In this document: one piece after another, positions 7,739 through 17,653 of the stretch
Layout: the number at the start of each line of letters is the position of its first letter
Numbering within the stretch: the stretch's first letter is position 1
The notes under the pieces: model-generated
Databases searched by the model: none
What the model was told of the DNA's origin: nothing
The model's input: the letters and a program-made list of their open reading frames with translations, nothing else
Position numbers and translations under genes: made by a program
From: a virus
Taxonomy: Duplodnaviria > Heunggongvirae > Uroviricota > Caudoviricetes
DNA: 32,340 bases
Strand: one strand, 5' to 3'
IMG/VR virus record: IMGVR_UViG_2711768060_000010

Positions 7739-8787
7739 GCTGCACCCTTCACCGTTGTTTCTTCAGTAAAATTCAAATGCAGGTGGCGCGGAATTTCCGG
7801 ATCGCTGTTGATGGCCATCGCCAGGCGGCGCTGAATGGGCAGCACTTCATTCTTTTTGTAGGTGCGCTCAATCTTTTCCGGGTCGCCCAGCCCGGCAGTA
7901 TTCTGCGGAACAATACCTGCAAGCCCGGCCGGAAAGCGGTGCGCGTTCAGAATGTCCTGGGCGCTGATGTTCTTCACGCTCGCAAATTCATCCTTGGCCG
8001 AAATGTCCCCCATCTCAATAAACTTGATCGCGTCACCGTCGCCGCCAGGGATGTTCACCAGGATGGTGGAGAAGTTGCCGATCCCCTTGCTGTCCCGCAG
8101 CTGCCGTTCAATCTCCTCCTCCATTTCGTCCGTCATGCTGGGGTCACGGGTATACAGAATGCCGCCCGTGTGTGCGCCGTTGTGGTAGTAGCGACGGCGA
8201 AAAATAACTGCCTCACTGTTCAGCAGGGCAGAGTGAACGCCGCCGATGTAGTCCGGCAGACCATAGATGTGCTGCTGCGGGTCGTACATCTTGATGAAAA
8301 TGATATCGTCAGGCGGGAACGCCAGCGGCTCGCCTTCCTGTAAAACCACGTAATCCCCTGGCACAGTCTCCGCGTTTTCTCTCTCCTTTCGTCGGCGGAG
8401 GTAAAGCCCCGGCAGCGGCTGAAGCCCGATCACGTCTCCCCAGCCATTACGGATTTTGGCCACAGCGATATCACCAAAGGTCAGGTAATCAAAAACAGCG
8501 GCCTCCAGCTCGTCGAACGTCAGGCCGCCGCCCTGATAGTCCGCCGTCACCATGTTTTTACGGGCGTGGATAATCCCGCCGTGCTGGCCGTTCAGGTTGA
8601 TAAGCTGCGCCAGCGCCAGACGGTCAATCGGCTGGGTGTAGTGGTCGGCGGCGTTGTCGTACCAGATTTCCCGGTAATCGGTTCCGGTAGTCAGTACCGG
8701 TTCTGGTTTGCCAAAGCTGATAATGCTCATTTTTTTGGACTTATCGCCGCGCTGTTCGCGCTTCACAAAACGTTTCTTTTTGCTCAT
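7735..8787 (-). CDS. Portal protein (P2 gpQ-like)
   Basis: 350-aa ORF directly downstream of the terminase large subunit on the same strand; size matches P2 Q (about 344 aa). Confidence 0.85.
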   Translation of the reverse strand: MSKKKRFVKREQRGDKSKKMSIISFGKPEPVLTTGTDYREIWYDNAADHYTQPIDRLALAQLINLNGQHGGIIHARKNMVTADYQGGGLTFDELEAAVFDYLTFGDIAVAKIRNGWGDVIGLQPLPGLYLRRRKERENAETVPGDYVVLQEGEPLAFPPDDIIFIKMYDPQQHIYGLPDYIGGVHSALLNSEAVIFRRRYYHNGAHTGGILYTRDPSMTDEMEEEIERQLRDSKGIGNFSTILVNIPGGDGDAIKFIEMGDISAKDEFASVKNISAQDILNAHRFPAGLAGIVPQNTAGLGDPEKIERTYKKNEVLPIQRRLAMAINSDPEIPRHLHLNFTEETTVKGAA

Positions 8788-10556
8788 GCTGCTTGTTTCC
8801 TTACACCCCAGCGGGATTTTGGTTTGTTTTCATAGTTGAGTGGTTCGTTATGCAGGGCGTGGGTGATTGCCCAGAATGCCTCTGCGTGGCCAGTGTCCTG
8901 GCTGCGGTCTGCAACAAAGGTCATTGCGTTACCGCTCTGCGTGGTAGTGCGCCGCACTGACATAAAGCTGGCGGGGATTTCCTTCAGGTTTTTGTCCCAC
9001 TCGATACGCTGGCTTTCCACCACATCGGCGGCCTTCAGTACCAGCTGGTTTTTGGTGTTCATGTCGTAGCGAATCGGGACAACAACCTTCATGGCAAAGT
9101 GCTGGATATTGTCAAACACCCCCTGGCCGATCCCGGTTACGTCCACGCCCAGATAAGTGAAGTTGTACTGGTCAAACAGCTTTTCGATCTGCTTTGCCTG
9201 GTGACGGAAGTTCATGCCCTTCCAGTAAATCACCTTCAGCACGCGGAATTTTTCCACGGCAAACATCGGCGGGGCGACAATCACAAAACACGACAAATCG
9301 CCGCTGCGTGCCGGGTCAAAGCCGCCCCATACTGGCCTGTCACCAAACGGCCGTTTTGCATCCGGGTCGTGATCCTGCCAGGTGTCCACCTCCACGCCGC
9401 ACGCTTCCAGGTCGGAAAAGCTGAAAACGGAATCCTTGCTGTCCACGAACACGCACATGTAAAGCATGTCGAATGTGGCGGTGTTGTAGCGGTTGCGCAG
9501 CTTCTCGATGTTGGCCAGATTGAAGCCACCCGCAATGGCATCTTCCATGGTGATGACATAGCGCCACTGGCCATCCGGGCAGAGCCGTCCACCGTTCCGC
9601 ATTTCATCGAACAGTGGAAACGTAATGGCCGCACGTTTCTTGCTGCCCTGTTTCCACTCTTCACCCGTCCAGAACGGATACGCCTGGTGCGTTTTGGCCG
9701 ATGGCGTGGAAAAGTAGGTGGTACGCCATTTGTCATGTGTGGCCATCGCGCTGGCCACTTCATTGAGTTTTGCAAAGTTGGGCACCCAAAAATATTCATC
9801 ACAGTAAAGATGGCCACTGTATGACTGGGCGGTGTTTTTGTTGGTAGACAGGAACCGCAGCTCTGCGCCGTTGCTTAAGCGGATCGGGTTCCCCGTCAGC
9901 GTGATGCCAAAATACTGTTCTGCAATGTTGACGATGTAAGACCGGAACACCTCCGCCTGTGCTTTGGATGCGGACAGGAAGATTTGCGGATCGCCCGTCA
10001 TTACCGCATTTTCGAACGCTTCAAACGCAAAGTACCAGGTTGCACCGATCTGGCGACTTTTCAGGATGTTCCTGACCAGCTGGCCTATGTTGCGGCGCAG
10101 GTGTTTCTGATATTCGAAAAGATGCTCCTCTGCCCAGGTGTCAAAATCCTCCTGGGTCAGAGACGAGATATCGTTTTTCTTGTACTTGCGTTTGCTGCGC
10201 GGCTCGTCGTCGTCCCCTCGCGCAGCTGCTTGCCGTTCCCCCTGGCTGGAGGCCAGCTTTTCTTTATGTTTATTGCTCTGGGCACGCAGCTTTGTGGCGT
10301 GAGCAATAAGCAAATCCATTTCTTTTAAATCCAGATCCGTTTTATTGTCGCGCCCGGCTAACAGCTGGTAACGGCGTTCAATTGCCTCCTCTGTGCTTTC
10401 GAAACTGAGCAGGTCAGCCCATTTATATTTTTCTGCCCAGTAGTAAACGATCCGCGCATTCGGCAGATTTAATTCTGATGCAATTTCTTTGGGCGTGTAA
10501 CGGCGCAAGTAGAGTGCGCGGACAACGCCTTTTAATTCGTCTGAGTATTTAGCCAT
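8784..10556 (-). CDS. Terminase large subunit, ATPase (P2 gpP-like)
   Basis: 590-aa ORF (P2 P is 590 aa); divergent from the O-N-M-L operon as in P2/186. Confidence 0.9.
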   Translation of the reverse strand: MAKYSDELKGVVRALYLRRYTPKEIASELNLPNARIVYYWAEKYKWADLLSFESTEEAIERRYQLLAGRDNKTDLDLKEMDLLIAHATKLRAQSNKHKEKLASSQGERQAAARGDDDEPRSKRKYKKNDISSLTQEDFDTWAEEHLFEYQKHLRRNIGQLVRNILKSRQIGATWYFAFEAFENAVMTGDPQIFLSASKAQAEVFRSYIVNIAEQYFGITLTGNPIRLSNGAELRFLSTNKNTAQSYSGHLYCDEYFWVPNFAKLNEVASAMATHDKWRTTYFSTPSAKTHQAYPFWTGEEWKQGSKKRAAITFPLFDEMRNGGRLCPDGQWRYVITMEDAIAGGFNLANIEKLRNRYNTATFDMLYMCVFVDSKDSVFSFSDLEACGVEVDTWQDHDPDAKRPFGDRPVWGGFDPARSGDLSCFVIVAPPMFAVEKFRVLKVIYWKGMNFRHQAKQIEKLFDQYNFTYLGVDVTGIGQGVFDNIQHFAMKVVVPIRYDMNTKNQLVLKAADVVESQRIEWDKNLKEIPASFMSVRRTTTQSGNAMTFVADRSQDTGHAEAFWAITHALHNEPLNYENKPKSRWGVRKQAA

Positions 10557-10728
10557 AGATTTAATTATGCCGTGGTGCTGATGAAAAAACGGCGGGGTTA
10601 ATTCGGGGCTGTTCGGTAATGGCTTATAACCGAACTGTTCAGAATAAAGCGTAATGCGGGGATGTGTTTAATTAGCAATAATCAAATCCACAGCAAGGGA
10701 AACAGTTAATCGACAGAGGGGGAAATAT

Positions 10729-11523
10729 GTGTCGCATTTAAAAACTGGCTGGCTGTGTGTTGCTACTGAAGGCGATACGGTTGATGGGCGAGTGCTGGAA
10801 CGGCAATGGATTATCGATATGGGGGAAACCTATGACCCTGACCATTACGCCGCTTTACTCTGGCCAGAACACGAGCGCTACGCCGGAAACTTTGGTGAAG
10901 TGCTGGAAGCGATGTGGCAGGACGGCGATGACGGGCTGGCGCGGCTGTATGTCAGCCTGTGCCCGAATAAGCGCCTGATTTATGCAAACGACGAAGGCCA
11001 GCTGCTGTATTTCTCCGTAGAGCCGGAGCTGAACTGGCGCGGAGGGGATCGTACATATCTGAAGGGGCTGGCTGTCACTGACAACCCGGCAAGTGTAGGA
11101 ACTACACGTCTGCGCTTTAGTCAGCGCAAATTAAACAAACAGGGATATTACAGTTGTGTGATTTCCCGTAACGGTAAAATTACGCAGGAAGGGAAGATGA
11201 AGAACTGGCAGAAGTTGTTTGGTATTAAGCCGAAATTTGAAGATGAAAATTCGCAGGACGATCCACCTGCTGATGATAAATTGCAGGCGCTGGCGAGTGC
11301 CCTGAACGATCTGGAAGCGCGGGTGGGCAAAATTGAAACCCAGCTTAATTCCGTGCAGGACGATGTTGACACTATTACCGAAGTAGTGGACACGGAAGAG
11401 TTTGCCGTTATTCGTGATAATGCAAAAGAGATTGTTACCCGCTTTAATGATTTGGGTAATAAGGGCGGTCAGCGCAAACAGCGTCAGGTGCAGTCCAAAT
11501 CCGGTAAATTTAGCTACCTGTAA
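10729..11523 (+). CDS. Capsid scaffolding protein (P2 gpO-like)
   Basis: GTG start with AGAGGGGG RBS; motifs ATEGDTVDGRVL and LKGLAVTDNPAS match P2 O (GVEGDTCDGRVI, LVGLAVTDDPAS) from memory. Confidence 0.8.
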   Translation: MSHLKTGWLCVATEGDTVDGRVLERQWIIDMGETYDPDHYAALLWPEHERYAGNFGEVLEAMWQDGDDGLARLYVSLCPNKRLIYANDEGQLLYFSVEPELNWRGGDRTYLKGLAVTDNPASVGTTRLRFSQRKLNKQGYYSCVISRNGKITQEGKMKNWQKLFGIKPKFEDENSQDDPPADDKLQALASALNDLEARVGKIETQLNSVQDDVDTITEVVDTEEFAVIRDNAKEIVTRFNDLGNKGGQRKQRQVQSKSGKFSYL

Positions 11524-11582
11524 TTAACCGCAACGCGAATAAGCAAAACATTTTTATTATCGCTTAATTGCGAGGGAGTCTT

Positions 11583-12605
11583 ATGTTACTGAATAACCGT
11601 GCGCGGGATTTACTGGACAATTATACGGCGGGGCTGGCGCAGCATTTTGGCACGCAAAACCCTGGCCGTTATTTTTCGCTAAATGACCCGCAGGAAACCG
11701 CGCTGCGTCTGGCCATGCTGGAGTCCGTCGAGTTCCTGAACTGGATCACCACGCTGGACGTTGACCAGCTGAGTGGTCAGGTCGTCAACGTGGGCGCATC
11801 TGTCCTTCATACCGGGCGCAGTGAAACAGGCCGTTTCGTCCGCCAGGTGGGTGTTGATGGCAATACCTATTCCCTGGTTGAAACGGACAGCTGTGCGGCG
11901 CTGCGCTGGGATCTGCTTTCCGTCTGGGCGAACGCCGGGAAGGAAGAAAATGAGTTTTACAACCTGGTGCAGACCTTCAGTACCCAGGCGTTTGCCATGG
12001 ATATGCTGCGTATCGGCTTTAACGGTACACACCGCGCCAAAACCACAGACCCGATTGCCAACCCGAACGGCGAAGATGTGAACATTGGCTGGCATGAAAT
12101 CATGAAAACCATGCTGGGCGGCAAGCAAATCATGACCGATCCGGTGGTGCTCGATCAGGCGGGTGATTATAAATCGCTGGATGCGATGGCCTCCGATCTG
12201 ATTAACGCCAAAATCCCGGCACAGTTCCGCAATGACCCGCGCCTGGTGGTGCTGGTAGGTGCTGACCTGGTGGCCGCTGAACAGTACCGCCTGTTCCAGG
12301 CTGCTGACCGCCCAACGGAGAAAATCGCGGCGCAGCTGCTGGGTAACACCATCGCTGGCCGTCAGGCGATTATCCCGCCGTTCATGCCGGGCAAACGCAT
12401 GGTGGTTACGCCACTTTCGAACCTGCATATCTACACCCAGCGCAACACGCGCCAGCGTAAAGCGCGCTTTGAAGATGACCGCAAACAGTTCGAAAACAGC
12501 TATCTGCGTAATGAAGGTTACGCGATTGAAGTGCCGGAGCTGTACGCGGCGATTGATGAAGATGCCGTGACCATCGGCAAGCCGTCTGAGCCAGTGGAGG
12601 GTTAA
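11583..12605 (+). CDS. Major capsid protein (P2 gpN-like)
   Basis: ATG at 11583 with GAGGGA RBS (the track start at 11568 is a TTG); motif GFNGTHRAKTTD...NIGWHEIMK parallels P2 N (GFNGVKRAETSD...AVGWLQKYR). Confidence 0.85.
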   Translation: MLLNNRARDLLDNYTAGLAQHFGTQNPGRYFSLNDPQETALRLAMLESVEFLNWITTLDVDQLSGQVVNVGASVLHTGRSETGRFVRQVGVDGNTYSLVETDSCAALRWDLLSVWANAGKEENEFYNLVQTFSTQAFAMDMLRIGFNGTHRAKTTDPIANPNGEDVNIGWHEIMKTMLGGKQIMTDPVVLDQAGDYKSLDAMASDLINAKIPAQFRNDPRLVVLVGADLVAAEQYRLFQAADRPTEKIAAQLLGNTIAGRQAIIPPFMPGKRMVVTPLSNLHIYTQRNTRQRKARFEDDRKQFENSYLRNEGYAIEVPELYAAIDEDAVTIGKPSEPVEG

Positions 12606-12608
12606 TCA

Positions 12609-13310
12609 ATGTCTCTTTCACCCGCGCAGCGTCATAACCAGCGCATTGCGATGGAACAAAAGCTGAAACAAAGCCTGGCCGTTGGCACCACGGAAAGCAT
12701 GCACCTTCTGATTAAGGCGCTGGAAACAGACGTGGAACAGGTGCGAAGCCTGCCGCTGATTGCGGATCGCGTTGAGCATAAGCGCAATGTGCTGCTGCCC
12801 AAATGGGTGCCGACTGTGGAAGCGTATCTGGCCAGCGGCCAGGTGTATGCCAATCCGGTTCTGGCCTGGTGCGTGATCTGGCTGTTTGACGTGGGCTATC
12901 TGGATAAGGCGCTGGAATGGGCTGATATCGCTATTGCCCAGCAACAGGCCACGCCGGAACGGCTGCGCAGCAATTTCCCGACGTTCGTGGCCGATACGAT
13001 GCTGGCCTGGGCTGAGGAGTCTGCGGGACGCGGGGAAAGCATTGAACCGTATTTTTCACGCACGTTTGAGAACGTGGCCACCCGGTGGCGGCTGCATGAG
13101 CAGGTGACGGCGAAATGGTTCAAGTTCGCCGGGTTGCAGCTGCTGCGCGGTGAGGATGGCCAGAAAACGGCGGCGGGTGTGGACGATGTGGAAACACTTC
13201 AGAAAGCCGATCAGCTGCTGGCCACCGCAGAACAGCATTACCTGAAAATCGGCGTTAAAACGCAGCGGCAGACCATCGCCGCACGCATCCGAAAACTGAC
13301 GCAGGGTTAA
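12609..13310 (+). CDS. Terminase small/endonuclease subunit (P2 gpM-like)
   Basis: 233-aa ORF immediately after the capsid gene, as in the P2 Q-P / O-N-M-L head cassette. Confidence 0.75.
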   Translation: MSLSPAQRHNQRIAMEQKLKQSLAVGTTESMHLLIKALETDVEQVRSLPLIADRVEHKRNVLLPKWVPTVEAYLASGQVYANPVLAWCVIWLFDVGYLDKALEWADIAIAQQQATPERLRSNFPTFVADTMLAWAEESAGRGESIEPYFSRTFENVATRWRLHEQVTAKWFKFAGLQLLRGEDGQKTAAGVDDVETLQKADQLLATAEQHYLKIGVKTQRQTIAARIRKLTQG

Positions 13311-13369
13311 AGACTACCGCAAGCCAGGCGGGCGCGGTGGAGGGCAGAAACACGATGTGATGCTGCGCC

Positions 13370-13861
13370 GTGGAAACCGGACAGCCCGCCTATTTTTTCG
13401 GGGGAGCCATGTTTAGTGGAAAGCCGCTTGATTATCAGGACGAGCCGCTAAAAAACGAAGGATTCTGGCCAGACCTGAACCTGAAGGACTTTCAGGCACA
13501 GCGAGCGATCCCGGCTGATGTTGAGGCGGACACCGTTGCCCAGGCGCTGCTGGCGGCTGTGGCGGAGGTGAACGCGGAGCTGGAAAAAGTGGAAGCCAGC
13601 TGGAAGGCAAATGGAGTTCTGAGCGCAGGGGACGCGCCGGGGGCACGGATGGGGGAATTAAACGCCCTCTGTGCGCAGTACATGAAGGCGGTTTTTGCCA
13701 GGGCAAAAGCTGACCTGTTGGGGGAGTTTGCCACCGTTGGGCGGCGTGACTCTCACCCAGGCCAGGAAAGCACGGAAACCCGCGCCGGATTGCTGGCAGA
13801 GGCGTCAGTTGTTATCCGCCGCATGAAGGGGCTGAAAAGGGCAACGGTAAAGAAGGTATGA
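13370..13861 (+). CDS. Head completion/stabilization protein (P2 gpL-like)
   Basis: 163-aa ORF (GTG start; alternative ATG at 13409); FWPDL...VNAEL region parallels P2 L (FFPDI...TNAEL). Confidence 0.65.
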   Translation: METGQPAYFFGGAMFSGKPLDYQDEPLKNEGFWPDLNLKDFQAQRAIPADVEADTVAQALLAAVAEVNAELEKVEASWKANGVLSAGDAPGARMGELNALCAQYMKAVFARAKADLLGEFATVGRRDSHPGQESTETRAGLLAEASVVIRRMKGLKRATVKKV

Positions 13862-14364
13862 GCCAGACACAGCTTGAAAACCTGACGGCGTTCTTTACCA
13901 GCAACGTGCCAGCCCGTGCGATGCAGTCGTTTGTTAGCGTAGTGGATGAAATGGAGTTCGTACCGGCTTCAAAGGATATGGGACTGGGGCAGTACCGCCA
14001 GGCGGTGATCCGCTATGACGCGGTACTGAGCTGGGAGCGTTTCCCGTATCGCCTGTGTCCGCCGCAACTGCTTATGTCGCTGATGGCTGCCTGGCTCGAT
14101 GAGGCAGACCGGGAATTACTGGACGAAATCGGGGTAACTGAGGCCGATCCGCAGTGGGATGTGTCGGTGGCCGATGAAGAAACCGCCGATATTGTCCTGA
14201 CGGTTCCCATGGCGGAAGAGCTGGTGATCCGTGAGGACGAAAAGGGATTAATTCCCTGGCAGGGCAAGCGCTGGTCACTGGTTGAGCCGGAAATCTGGAC
14301 GGCGCTGACCGCAACGATTTACGGCGTGGATGAGTCCGGTGCGCCTGTGGGCGATGCGTCGTGA
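13858..14364 (+). CDS. Putative tail completion protein (position of P2 gpR)
   Basis: 168-aa ORF with start overlapping the gpL stop; assignment by size and position only. Confidence 0.4.
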   Translation: MSQTQLENLTAFFTSNVPARAMQSFVSVVDEMEFVPASKDMGLGQYRQAVIRYDAVLSWERFPYRLCPPQLLMSLMAAWLDEADRELLDEIGVTEADPQWDVSVADEETADIVLTVPMAEELVIREDEKGLIPWQGKRWSLVEPEIWTALTATIYGVDESGAPVGDAS

Positions 14365-15068
14365 TTGCCGGAGGGGAGCTTAACAAGCGCCAGCTGGCGG
14401 AGCTGAAAAAGGCGCTGGCCAGCATGGAGCTGCCGCCCAAAAAACGGCAGCGGCTGCTGTGGCGAATGGCGAAATATGGCGTTATTGCCGCCGCCAAACG
14501 CAACGTGCGGAATCAGGAAACACCGGACGGGGAAGGCTGGGAAGGTCGCAAAACAAAGCGCAAAGGGAAGATGCTGCGCAACATGCCGAAACTGCTGCAT
14601 ATCCGGGAAATGCCTGAGATTCAGGCCGTGCGGATTTACTTGCAGGGTGGCGGCTACCGGAACGGGGAAACGCCTGTACCCGCTGGCACGGTGGGCTATT
14701 CGCAGCAAAACGGCATGCGCGTCCGGGTGAGTCGTGCAAGCCAGCCAGGGAAAGCACAGCCAGGCAAGATGGCCACCGCTGCGCAGGGAAAAAAACTGCG
14801 TGCGCTGGGCTACCGGGTGCGCCGGGGGAAGCGCTGGAAAAAGCCCACTATCCGGGAAATAACCAGCGAAATGCCATACGCACAGGCGGGGTTGCTTATC
14901 CGGAAGTTAAGCGGCAAGGCCGTCAAAACAAGCTGGACTATCGATCTTCCTTCCCGCGTATTTCTGGGAATGGGTGATGAGGACTTTAACAAGGCGCTGG
15001 CACGCCAGCTTCAGGCCATCGGCTTTGGCTGGGATGTGAATGCGCAGGATATCAGGGGGAGAACATGA
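14361..15068 (+). CDS. Putative virion morphogenesis/tail completion protein (gpS-like)
   Basis: 235-aa strongly basic ORF, GTGA overlap with upstream gene; resembles the phage virion morphogenesis family by composition and position; true start uncertain. Confidence 0.4.
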   Translation: MIAGGELNKRQLAELKKALASMELPPKKRQRLLWRMAKYGVIAAAKRNVRNQETPDGEGWEGRKTKRKGKMLRNMPKLLHIREMPEIQAVRIYLQGGGYRNGETPVPAGTVGYSQQNGMRVRVSRASQPGKAQPGKMATAAQGKKLRALGYRVRRGKRWKKPTIREITSEMPYAQAGLLIRKLSGKAVKTSWTIDLPSRVFLGMGDEDFNKALARQLQAIGFGWDVNAQDIRGRT

Positions 15069-16192
15069 CCTGGCCAAATGTGACCGTTAACCAGGTAAAC
15101 CAGCTACTGGGCGAAACCAATGAGGTGGAACGCGCGGTGCTGTTTATCGGTACGGGAACCAAAAATACAGGCAAGACCCTGGCTGTGAACACACAGAGCG
15201 ATTTTGACGCGCTTCTGGGTGAGGCTGACAGCCAGTTAAAAAGTGACGTGCTGGCTGCGGTGTCGAATGCTGGCCAGAACTGGTGGGGGTTCGTCCATGT
15301 GCTGGCTGCTGACAGCGAGCCGGAGGCATGGGTTAAAGCGGTGCTGGCTGCGCAGGTGTCGTGCTCGGTTGAAGGCGTGGTGCTGAGCAATGACATTTCC
15401 ACAAAGGCGGAAATTAACCAGGCTATTACGTTACGTGCGGATTTGATCGCGAAGTATGGCCGCTGGGTATGGTTCATTCTGGCCACGCAGGGAATGCAGG
15501 ATGAAGAGGGGCAGGCGGATTACCTTGTGCGTATGTCCACCCTTCAGGCTGGCATTGCGGAAAAGGCGGTGCAGCTGGTTCCCCGTCTGTGGGGAAATGA
15601 ACCGGGTGTGCTGGCTGGTCGCCTGTGTAGCCGCGCCGTCACTATCGCAGACAGTCCAGCGCGTGTGAAAACCGGGGCGCTGCTGAGTCTGGGCAGTGAT
15701 GAACTGCCGAAAGATGGCACTGGCGCGGTGCTGGAACTGGCAACGCTTCAGGCACTGGAGGCGCAGCGCTTCAGCGTGCCGATGTGGTATCCGGACTATG
15801 ACGGGTTCTACTGGGCAGATGGCCGCACGCTGGATGTAGAGGGCGGCGATTACCAGTCTGTTGAAACGCTGCGCGTGGCGGACAAAGCAGCCCGCCGTGT
15901 GCGTCTGCTGGCCATCGGCAAAATTGCGGATCGTTCACTGAACAGCACGCCGGGCAGTATCGCCGCGCACCAGACGCTGTTTGCGCGTCCGCTGCGGGAA
16001 ATGTCTACCGCCGCCAGTATCAATGGCGTGTCGTTCCCTGGCGAAGTGAAACCGCCGCAGGATGGTGATGTGTCCATTGTGTGGAAAAGCAAAAAAGCCG
16101 TGGAAATTTACATTGTGGTGCGCACGTGGGAAGTGCCTCTGCAAATCACGATCAGCCTGTTACTGGATGCCAGCCTGGAGGCCGCAGCATGA
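15065..16192 (+). CDS. Putative contractile tail sheath protein
   Basis: 375-aa ORF with GGGGGA RBS, immediately upstream of and coupled (ATGA) to a tube-sized ORF; inferred from size and order (P2 FI is 396 aa). Confidence 0.5.
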   Translation: MTWPNVTVNQVNQLLGETNEVERAVLFIGTGTKNTGKTLAVNTQSDFDALLGEADSQLKSDVLAAVSNAGQNWWGFVHVLAADSEPEAWVKAVLAAQVSCSVEGVVLSNDISTKAEINQAITLRADLIAKYGRWVWFILATQGMQDEEGQADYLVRMSTLQAGIAEKAVQLVPRLWGNEPGVLAGRLCSRAVTIADSPARVKTGALLSLGSDELPKDGTGAVLELATLQALEAQRFSVPMWYPDYDGFYWADGRTLDVEGGDYQSVETLRVADKAARRVRLLAIGKIADRSLNSTPGSIAAHQTLFARPLREMSTAASINGVSFPGEVKPPQDGDVSIVWKSKKAVEIYIVVRTWEVPLQITISLLLDASLEAAA

Positions 16193-16644
16193 CAAAGCGT
16201 ATTTCCGGTATGTCGTTTGATACCTATCTGGACGGCGATCTGATCCACATCGAAAAAATTTCGCTGGATATCACGGACAACAGCGCCGCCGCGCAGACCC
16301 GTGGAGTGCCGGATGGCCATGTTGATGGTGACGTGGCCGCAGAGGGTGAAATTGAGGTCAGTTCGAAAGTGCTGGCCGTACTGACAGCGAAAGCCCGCGC
16401 GGCGGGTTCGTGGCGCGGTATCGAACCGCTGGACTTTCTCTTCTATGCCAAAGCAGGCAATGAAGAGGTCAAAGTTGAGTCGTTCGGCAATAAATTGCAG
16501 CTGAGTAATCTGCTGGATATCGATCCGAAGGGTGGCGGCGTTGCCACGCACAAAATCAAATATTTTGTGACCAGCCCGAAGTTCGTAAACATCAACGGCG
16601 TGCCGTATCTGGAAGCGGAAGCCACAGAAAACCTGATCGGTTAA
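16189..16644 (+). CDS. Putative tail tube protein (start trimmed to ATG 16189)
   Basis: 151-aa ORF; GGAGG 7 nt upstream of ATG 16189, which overlaps the sheath stop; size and order match a tube protein. Confidence 0.5.
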   Translation: MTKRISGMSFDTYLDGDLIHIEKISLDITDNSAAAQTRGVPDGHVDGDVAAEGEIEVSSKVLAVLTAKARAAGSWRGIEPLDFLFYAKAGNEEVKVESFGNKLQLSNLLDIDPKGGGVATHKIKYFVTSPKFVNINGVPYLEAEATENLIG

Positions 16645-16653
16645 GGGGCAGGG

Positions 16654-16947
16654 ATGCAGGAATATGAAAAGGGGTTCATTGCGCTGATTGTCATGGGGGC
16701 ATTAATTGCCCTGGGCAAGATGCTGAACAGCGATGAGCCGATCACGTTACGTCTGGTTTTGGGGCGCGTTATCGTTGGCAGTGCGTTATCACTGGCGGCA
16801 GGCGTTGCACTCTATTTTGTACCGGACATTCATCCGCTGGCGCTTGCTGGTATCGGTTCGGCGCTGGGTATTCTGGGGCTTAACGGAGTGGAAGCCTGGC
16901 TGCGCAAAAAGGGGATTAGTTTTCTGGGTAAAGGGGTGGGGAAATGA
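16654..16947 (+). CDS. Holin (three predicted transmembrane segments, basic C-terminus)
   Basis: 97-aa ORF with three hydrophobic stretches (IALIVMGALIALG; VLGRVIVGSALSLAAGVALYFV; LALAGIGSALGILGL) and a Lys-rich tail; directly upstream of the endolysin. Confidence 0.55.
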   Translation: MQEYEKGFIALIVMGALIALGKMLNSDEPITLRLVLGRVIVGSALSLAAGVALYFVPDIHPLALAGIGSALGILGLNGVEAWLRKKGISFLGKGVGK

Positions 16948-17285
16948 CTCTGAGCGAAAAGCAGCAGCTGTTTGCCGTGATGGTGGCAGATCTTATTCAC
17001 TGGGCGCAGGAACACGGCTACCGCCTGACATTTGGCGAAGCGTACCGCACACCGGAACAGGCCGCGCTAAATGCCAAAAGTGGCAGCGGTATTTCAAACA
17101 GCCTGCATACGCAGCGCCTGGCCGTGGATTTTAATCTGTTCGTAAATGGGCAGTACAAGACCCGTACGGAAGATTATCTGCCGCTGGGTGAATACTGGGA
17201 GTCGCTGGGCGGTTCGTGGGGTGGGCGCTTCAAATCACGTCCGGACGGCAATCACTTCAGCCTGGAACATAACGGGGTGCGCTGA
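16944..17285 (+). CDS. Endolysin, peptidase M15 family (L-alanyl-D-glutamate or D-Ala-D-Ala peptidase type)
   Basis: 113-aa ORF with zinc-ligand spacing typical of M15 peptidases (SLHTQRLAVDFN ... DGNHFSLEH); sits between holin and spanins. Confidence 0.65.
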   Translation: MTLSEKQQLFAVMVADLIHWAQEHGYRLTFGEAYRTPEQAALNAKSGSGISNSLHTQRLAVDFNLFVNGQYKTRTEDYLPLGEYWESLGGSWGGRFKSRPDGNHFSLEHNGVR

Positions 17286-17653
17286 TGAGCATCCGCCAGT
17301 GGTTGCTGGTTGTGGCAGTGGCGTTTGTGTGGGGCTGGCTGGTCGCGGACTGGCGCAGGGATAGCCTGGAGCTGGCGATCAATACAGCGGCACAGGTTGC
17401 GGGGGATAAATCCCGCAATGCTATGCAGCTGATTGCCCGCGATTCAGCCAGGGGGCTGGAAGATAAGCTGGAGGCGCTGAACAATGGCAGACCGAAGGAA
17501 ATCAGGACTGAAATTATTAAGCCAGTTTTTACTAATGTGTGCGTGTCTGATGAGTTTATCGGGATGTTTAACGCCTCCGTCGAAAACACCGAACGTGTCT
17601 TATCAGGAAAACCTGAAGCGAAAATGCCCAACGGAAAACCTTCCGCGCATTAA
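17285..17653 (+). CDS. i-spanin (Rz-like, N-terminal membrane anchor)
   Basis: 122-aa ORF with N-terminal TM helix (WLLVVAVAFVWGWLVA) and charged periplasmic region; follows the endolysin. Confidence 0.55.
   Translation: MSIRQWLLVVAVAFVWGWLVADWRRDSLELAINTAAQVAGDKSRNAMQLIARDSARGLEDKLEALNNGRPKEIRTEIIKPVFTNVCVSDEFIGMFNASVENTERVLSGKPEAKMPNGKPSAH

Noticed and set aside
11679-12428. 249-aa minus-strand ORF lying wholly inside the major capsid gene; likewise 5814..6356(-), 9099..9824(+), 9281..9817(-), 19666..20178(-), 20561..21106(-), 20760..21686(-), 25477..25987(-), 26722..27072(-) and 27273..27731(-)
   Set aside because: All sit antisense or out of frame inside well-supported GC-rich phage genes; their translations are Arg/Pro/Ser/Cys-rich and low-complexity with no RBS. 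They are the usual open antisense frames of high-GC coding DNA.
13020-13042. cos-like motif CGGGACGCGGGGAAAGCAT, matching about 15 of 19 positions of the P2/186 cohesive-end sequence as I remember it
   Set aside because: It lies inside the coding sequence of the terminase small subunit, where a packaging cut site is not expected, and my recollection of the cos sequence is not exact. A cos site more plausibly lies between gene A and the portal or at the right end, but I could not find it. Alignment to P2/186 cos would settle it.
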